This document shows positions 59,048 to 64,000 of a stretch of 64,000 nucleotides of DNA, in pieces. The DNA lies in the IMG/VR virus record IMGVR_UViG_3300030376_007133. One strand, written 5' to 3'. The first letter of the stretch is position 1. Every line of letters begins with the position of its first letter. The notes under the pieces were generated by a model. It was not told where the DNA came from. It searched no databases and was given only the letters and a program-made list of their open reading frames with translations. The DNA comes from an uncultured virus (IMG/VR IMGVR_UViG_3300030376_007133) (Duplodnaviria > Heunggongvirae > Uroviricota > Caudoviricetes). The translations under genes and the position numbers were made by a program.

Positions 59048-59414
59048 CTTTTAATCGAGGCGTTAAATCAATAACGTTGTTAGCAGGCTTTTCGATTTTA
59101 TCTACGTCCTGTAACATCCTTTGTAAATCAGTTGTAGAACCAATAAACAAATTATTATTTGTTGTGCCTTCAGCTTTCATAGGTATGTCATCATTTTTAT
59201 TAATATCTTTGTTTTTCTTATTCAGGTCCATAAGCTTATCGTTTACATCACCGACATTCTTAATCATGCCAGATAATACTTCTATAGCACGAGGATGCTC
59301 GGACTGTTGAGCAATCTCAATAGCCAAGTCAAGGGCATCTTTGCCTTTCTCTATTAACTCATAGTAAGTTTGTCGAGAATATTCATAGTCGTTTGCAATC
59401 TTATCGCTATCCAT
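59040..59414 (-). CDS. gp16: Terminase small subunit
   Basis: DYEYSR, HPRAIEV, NNNLFIGSTTDL. Confidence 0.9.
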   Translation of the reverse strand: MDSDKIANDYEYSRQTYYELIEKGKDALDLAIEIAQQSEHPRAIEVLSGMIKNVGDVNDKLMDLNKKNKDINKNDDIPMKAEGTTNNNLFIGSTTDLQRMLQDVDKIEKPANNVIDLTPRLKDE

Positions 59415-59421
59415 AATTCAC

Positions 59422-60210
59422 CTATAAGCTGCTATCACCAACATACTTTGTATTATAACCTGGAAATAACGGATCGTCAGGAGTTCTACTAAAGAATTTA
59501 GGTGTATATTCTACACTAAATGCAAACCCAGCTGAATCTGCTTGATCTAAATCATAATTGACAATAGACTTTTGTATAACACTTTTACCGGCATCTATAG
59601 GACCGTAAAAAGCTGTTTTCATTTCAAAGTCTAAAACATATTGTAATACACTTCTATCTTGTAATGGTCCTTCAAAATCAGAAAGATAAGAAACACCTTG
59701 TAAAGTAATTGGTATATCTTCTAACAAATCAGTATAATCATCAAAAGGTTTCATAGTCAATGTATATTGTGGACTAAAGAACGGTAAAATCTGCTCTACT
59801 ACTTGTAATGCATCATCTTGTGCTTTTGCGTATATAGTCAAAGAAAATGTTATATTATATGGTACAGATCTTGTAACCACATCTTTTTTAGAACCTTCAT
59901 CACTAATTGTATTATTATGAAATGTTTTATTTAATTTTTGTAATTGTCTTGTATCATCATAAATGTACGATGTAATCTCAAAAGACATACGAGGTAGTTT
60001 AAGAGCAACGGCCTCATCTCTTTGTATATCTTGAATGCCTTGGATTCGTTCTATGTACTTATCACGAGGCGCATATGCTAATGGTACTCTTATAGTACTA
60101 ATTACTGCACCAGACGAATCTTTACGAAGTATGTATAATTGCGTAAATAGAGAACCAAATGCTGCTACGCATTTTCTAACCTTCTGATGATAAAAATGAG
60201 GGCCGAACAT
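59422..60210 (-). CDS. gp15: Tail sheath stabiliser/completion protein
   Basis: VPLAYAPRDK, LPRMSFEI, VEQILPFF.P. Confidence 0.9.
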   Translation of the reverse strand: MFGPHFYHQKVRKCVAAFGSLFTQLYILRKDSSGAVISTIRVPLAYAPRDKYIERIQGIQDIQRDEAVALKLPRMSFEITSYIYDDTRQLQKLNKTFHNNTISDEGSKKDVVTRSVPYNITFSLTIYAKAQDDALQVVEQILPFFSPQYTLTMKPFDDYTDLLEDIPITLQGVSYLSDFEGPLQDRSVLQYVLDFEMKTAFYGPIDAGKSVIQKSIVNYDLDQADSAGFAFSVEYTPKFFSRTPDDPLFPGYNTKYVGDSSL

Positions 60211-61013
60211 TACTTACCTATCCTTAGCATATAATCGGTATTAACAAAATCTGCTTTACCAAATATTTTTTCTGCCGTTATGTCTGCATTTTTATGATAT
60301 TTATCAGCCATTTCATCTAAAAAGTTTTCTAAATCATTAGCATGAGGTAAATCGTGCTTAGCAATTCTATCGGTTGTATGTTTAATATATCCTGAAACTT
60401 CTGTAATAGCTACTTGTGGATGTATACCAAATTGTTGCATATACTCAATAGTAGATGCTGAAGCTCTAGAACCATTAATTAAGTTACGATACATCAATTC
60501 AAATGATCGTCTTACGTGATGTCTCTTTTCTTCCTTTTCAAATGATTCTTCATCCCATTCATCAATGCCATAATTTTCTTTTATATTTTCATAGTTATCA
60601 ATCAAAGTTGCAATATCTTTTATAGAGCCATTTATTTTATTTTCTAACATAACTAAACCGTGTCTAGCATGCTTTAGCTCAGCTTCTGCAACTGCACCAT
60701 CTTTACCTTCTAATTCCAAAATTCTCATACGAGTTTTCGCATGATTTACTTGTGATTCAGATAATGCCATTTTTCTTTTTTCTACTTCAGCTGTGATTTG
60801 TCTTAACATTCTATATGGCGAATGACCATTTAGCATAGTAAGAGTCATCATAGACAAAGTAGTTTGAGAATTACTTCGATCAAACGCACGTGTAACACGA
60901 TCTATTTCTGGTAATTTTTCTGCTACTCTTGCCGCAGCAACTTGATTTATATTTTCTGATGCTTCTAACGGCAAAGAAAAGGTAATCGGTTTTTGTATCA
61001 CATTATTTTTCAT
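60210..61013 (-). CDS. Helical hypothetical protein next to the fibre gene
   Basis: SPYRMLRQI; coiled coil. Confidence 0.6.
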   Translation of the reverse strand: MKNNVIQKPITFSLPLEASENINQVAAARVAEKLPEIDRVTRAFDRSNSQTTLSMMTLTMLNGHSPYRMLRQITAEVEKRKMALSESQVNHAKTRMRILELEGKDGAVAEAELKHARHGLVMLENKINGSIKDIATLIDNYENIKENYGIDEWDEESFEKEEKRHHVRRSFELMYRNLINGSRASASTIEYMQQFGIHPQVAITEVSGYIKHTTDRIAKHDLPHANDLENFLDEMADKYHKNADITAEKIFGKADFVNTDYMLRIGK

Positions 61014-61021
61014 AATATCTC

Positions 61022-64000
61022 CTATTGAGGTGTACCTGAACTACCACTATTATAATATTGTCTTATAACCATTTCGCCAAAGTCTGCTGCATTGCCAAGA
61101 GTTTGAATAGTTATATATTGAATTTCATCATGAGTTGTTATGTAGCCTTGTGAATTATATGCACGTACTCCACCTGCCATGACTCCTCTATAATAGTTTG
61201 ACATACCAGCCATACCAGTCATTGTTTTAGTTAAATCTCCAAAGTCAGATGCATTCCCAGGAGTAGCTATAGTTATATAATCAATAGTGTTTGTATAATT
61301 CAATAGATGATCCGCATCACCAGTAAATCCACCTGCAAATATTCCTCTTGTTTCATCTTGCATAGAGGCTGTTCTAAATTTGTTTGTAGTTAAATCTCCA
61401 AAGTCCTGAGAATTACCTGTTGTTGCAATAGTTACATAATGCAAATCGTTTGTTCTTTGAAAAGTAGATCCGTCATGATATGTTCCTCTTTGAAAAATAC
61501 CATACGTAGCATTAGATATTCCGTTATTACCACCGCCATTAACTATTGCATCACCGAAATCAGCTGCATTTCCAGTTGTTGCAATTGTAATATAATCTAT
61601 TGCGTCTTGATTAACTGATCCCTGTACACCACCAGCCCATAGTCCTCTATTACCATCTGAAGCAGAGCTTCTACTTGCTGTCGCAACTGTTTGATCGCCG
61701 AAGTAAGAAGCAGATGCAGGATTAGCTGAATTTATATAGTCTAGTGCAGTAGTTGATCCAGAAGAATCGATATAATTATATACAATTCTCCCTGCATCGC
61801 CACTACTTACAGCGCATACATGTTTTGAACTTACACCACTAGCGTCACCAAAAGAGACAGCATTTCCTTTATTGTTAATATCGATATATTGATTGATGTT
61901 ATCTGGAGTTTGGCCTGAACCATTTTCGCCATTAAATATAATACCTCTATCACCAGAATATGAATTAGTTACTGTTTTAATTATTGTTTTACCAGTTGGT
62001 CTTGCTTGTTGCCAGTTTTGTCCATAATGGCTTAAATTATATTTAGAGACACTAGAATTAGAAGTAGTCATGTTAGTCATTGTTTTAGAAATCAATGATG
62101 TACCTGGTCTTACCTGTAATCTATTAGATGCGCTCTCGGTATTATTAACATCTTCGATATGTAAGTGAATTCCATGCCTATCAGCTTGTTGTTGAATTTG
62201 ATTTTCTCCTGGTACGTTACTATCATAATAGCCTACCGGCAAAGTATTTGGTAACTTTGCTAACCATAAATTATGATTCGATGTATATAAAGAATCCTCA
62301 TAATCACCTGATAAAATTAGATTATTATTTGCATCGATATTGACGTCTCCGATTGCAAAATAACCAGCATGAGCTCTAATTTTCTTCTGATCTAATAAAT
62401 TACCATCTGAATCATACTTTAAAATAATATTAAATTGTTCCGCAGGATCGGCCGCCTCTGATGCTTTAATGCCATTAAAAAATAAATTACCATCATCATC
62501 AACAGCAGCATTATATGTTATACCTGTATACGCATTTGGTTCTGAATGGTTATATACTCTTTGCCACTTGATAGCTCCAGTATCCTTATCTAATTTTACA
62601 ACTGATGGTCTAATATCACCCGGACCTTGCATAGAATATCCAGTTAATACAGGATCTCCGCTTTTAAATAAGTTTAAATCATATAACATATCAGATACAT
62701 CATCAATACTATCATTAGTTTGAAGACAGCTATGCCATTGTAGTTCACCTACTGAATCTGTTTTAAATGCTAAGGCATAATTTCCTGAGCCAATATAATT
62801 TTGATTAGAGTCATATAATGATCTACCATTATATGATGTTCCGTAGATATTATCAGAATCATCTAACTTTACAATTGTACCTACTAAACTATTACCTCTA
62901 AAATTCGGTACTGTAAAGTCTGAATCAGTCTCCCACCCAATTTGTTTAGACCATATAGGTGTACCACTAGTGTTAATCTTTGCTAATGTCATATTAGCAA
63001 AACTACCGCCTGAGTTAATGGGGTATGTATTTGTTTGTATTTTAGATTCACCTAATACGACAGCATTATCATTTGTATCTACATCAACTCCACGTAGTTT
63101 AACACCATTGCCTGCGCTTTGAGCTGTATTATCATAAAAAATCTTTTTATATTCAATATTACCTCCTGAGCTTATTTTTGTAATAAGACCAGGACCCCAA
63201 GTTTTAGTATGCCAATCTTCACCTACCGTAATTGAATTATTATTTGTATCTACTACCATATCATATGGAAAATTATCATCTACATTTTGATTGTTATTCC
63301 AATAATATCCCCATAATTTATTGCCATATGTATCATATGATGATACAAACATATCTTTATCAGAAAAAGATACACCCGATACTATTATATTTCCTTCACC
63401 ATCTCCAACTATATTATATGATTTTTCATCTGCTAAATTTGAAAAATTATCTATTCTTTGCCAACCTTCGGACGGAGCACCTCTTGTTAAAAATGCATTT
63501 GATTTAAATGGAAATTCATAATCATCATCAAATAATACAGCTGAATCTAAATCTGTCCATATTCGTGATTGATAATAAGAACGATAATCTCTTAAATCTG
63601 TACCCATAGCAGGTTTATCAGTAACTCGTGATGCCCCGCTATTTGTAAATGTCGCATTACCTGTTAAATCTGTATAACCATTAGCATCGGCAACAATTAA
63701 TGTCTTAGTGCCAGTATTTAGAGTATCATCTTTAATAGTAGGTCTAGCTAAACTAGGAACAAATGGGCCAGGATATTTTACATAATGATGAATTGCAAAG
63801 TCTCTAATATAGACACCATCTGAATATCCGTCATTTCTACCAAAAGTCCAAGTTGAATTACCTTTTTGAGTTGGCAATTGATACCAGTTACTACCTGCTA
63901 CTAAACCATCTACATAGCCTATAAGAGCACCACGTTGTCCGTGAGAGTCTGCACCCACGTAACCATCGTATACTCTATCATGCGGAGCTGGCTTATATAC
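61022..64000 (-). CDS. Large virion fibre/adhesin-like protein with beta-propeller repeats (5' end outside window)
   Basis: Frame open to 64000; six C-terminal I(D/Q)YITIxTxGNAxDFGD-type repeats; central W-x-K/R propeller repeats. Confidence 0.75.
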   Translation of the reverse strand, partial: VYKPAPHDRVYDGYVGADSHGQRGALIGYVDGLVAGSNWYQLPTQKGNSTWTFGRNDGYSDGVYIRDFAIHHYVKYPGPFVPSLARPTIKDDTLNTGTKTLIVADANGYTDLTGNATFTNSGASRVTDKPAMGTDLRDYRSYYQSRIWTDLDSAVLFDDDYEFPFKSNAFLTRGAPSEGWQRIDNFSNLADEKSYNIVGDGEGNIIVSGVSFSDKDMFVSSYDTYGNKLWGYYWNNNQNVDDNFPYDMVVDTNNNSITVGEDWHTKTWGPGLITKISSGGNIEYKKIFYDNTAQSAGNGVKLRGVDVDTNDNAVVLGESKIQTNTYPINSGGSFANMTLAKINTSGTPIWSKQIGWETDSDFTVPNFRGNSLVGTIVKLDDSDNIYGTSYNGRSLYDSNQNYIGSGNYALAFKTDSVGELQWHSCLQTNDSIDDVSDMLYDLNLFKSGDPVLTGYSMQGPGDIRPSVVKLDKDTGAIKWQRVYNHSEPNAYTGITYNAAVDDDGNLFFNGIKASEAADPAEQFNIILKYDSDGNLLDQKKIRAHAGYFAIGDVNIDANNNLILSGDYEDSLYTSNHNLWLAKLPNTLPVGYYDSNVPGENQIQQQADRHGIHLHIEDVNNTESASNRLQVRPGTSLISKTMTNMTTSNSSVSKYNLSHYGQNWQQARPTGKTIIKTVTNSYSGDRGIIFNGENGSGQTPDNINQYIDINNKGNAVSFGDASGVSSKHVCAVSSGDAGRIVYNYIDSSGSTTALDYINSANPASASYFGDQTVATASRSSASDGNRGLWAGGVQGSVNQDAIDYITIATTGNAADFGDAIVNGGGNNGISNATYGIFQRGTYHDGSTFQRTNDLHYVTIATTGNSQDFGDLTTNKFRTASMQDETRGIFAGGFTGDADHLLNYTNTIDYITIATPGNASDFGDLTKTMTGMAGMSNYYRGVMAGGVRAYNSQGYITTHDEIQYITIQTLGNAADFGEMVIRQYYNSGSSGTPQ

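Noticed and set aside
11..63521. Most plus-strand and nested ORFs in the track
   Set aside because: Antisense shadows of well-supported minus-strand genes with no RBS or motifs; only 12384 and 12846 were kept
1..64000. CRISPR array, integrase, transposase, intein, self-splicing intron or stop-codon recoding
   Set aside because: No spaced repeats or such motifs seen; core genes have normal lengths under the standard code

Overview
A 64-kb fragment of a large AT-rich T4-like myovirus genome with almost all genes on the minus strand. Several independent features point to an alphaproteobacterial, probably marine Rhodobacterales/SAR116-type, host: a permuted tmRNA, a ROSE-like leader, DUF1127, a CtaH-like peptide and a porin. 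From right to left the window holds a truncated fibre gene, the morphogenesis block (gp15-gp23, gp3), uvsY/uvsW, the replication block (gp55, 47, 46, 45, 44, 62, regA, hsp20, gp43), an AEP-type primase, a roughly 10-kb nucleotide/sugar-modification cluster around a gp42-like dCMP hydroxymethylase, uvsX/gp41, thyX, a two-piece tmRNA, an AT-rich oxygenase/desaturase island, early genes, tRNA-Pro, a block of proteins with T4-type capsid-targeting N-termini, and overlapping spanins. The best candidates for undescribed biology are (1) a cytosine hypermodification cluster that combines hmC synthesis with enzymes known from thymidine hypermodification plus a BGT-like/SGNH fusion, (2) a probably virion-packaged ligase/nucleotidyltransferase/nuclease set, (3) the phage two-piece tmRNA and (4) the desaturase/oxygenase island. 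All family assignments come from motifs recognised by eye; no searches were run. Two 10-N gaps (35427-35436, 49300-49309) split gp43 and gp3 artefactually.
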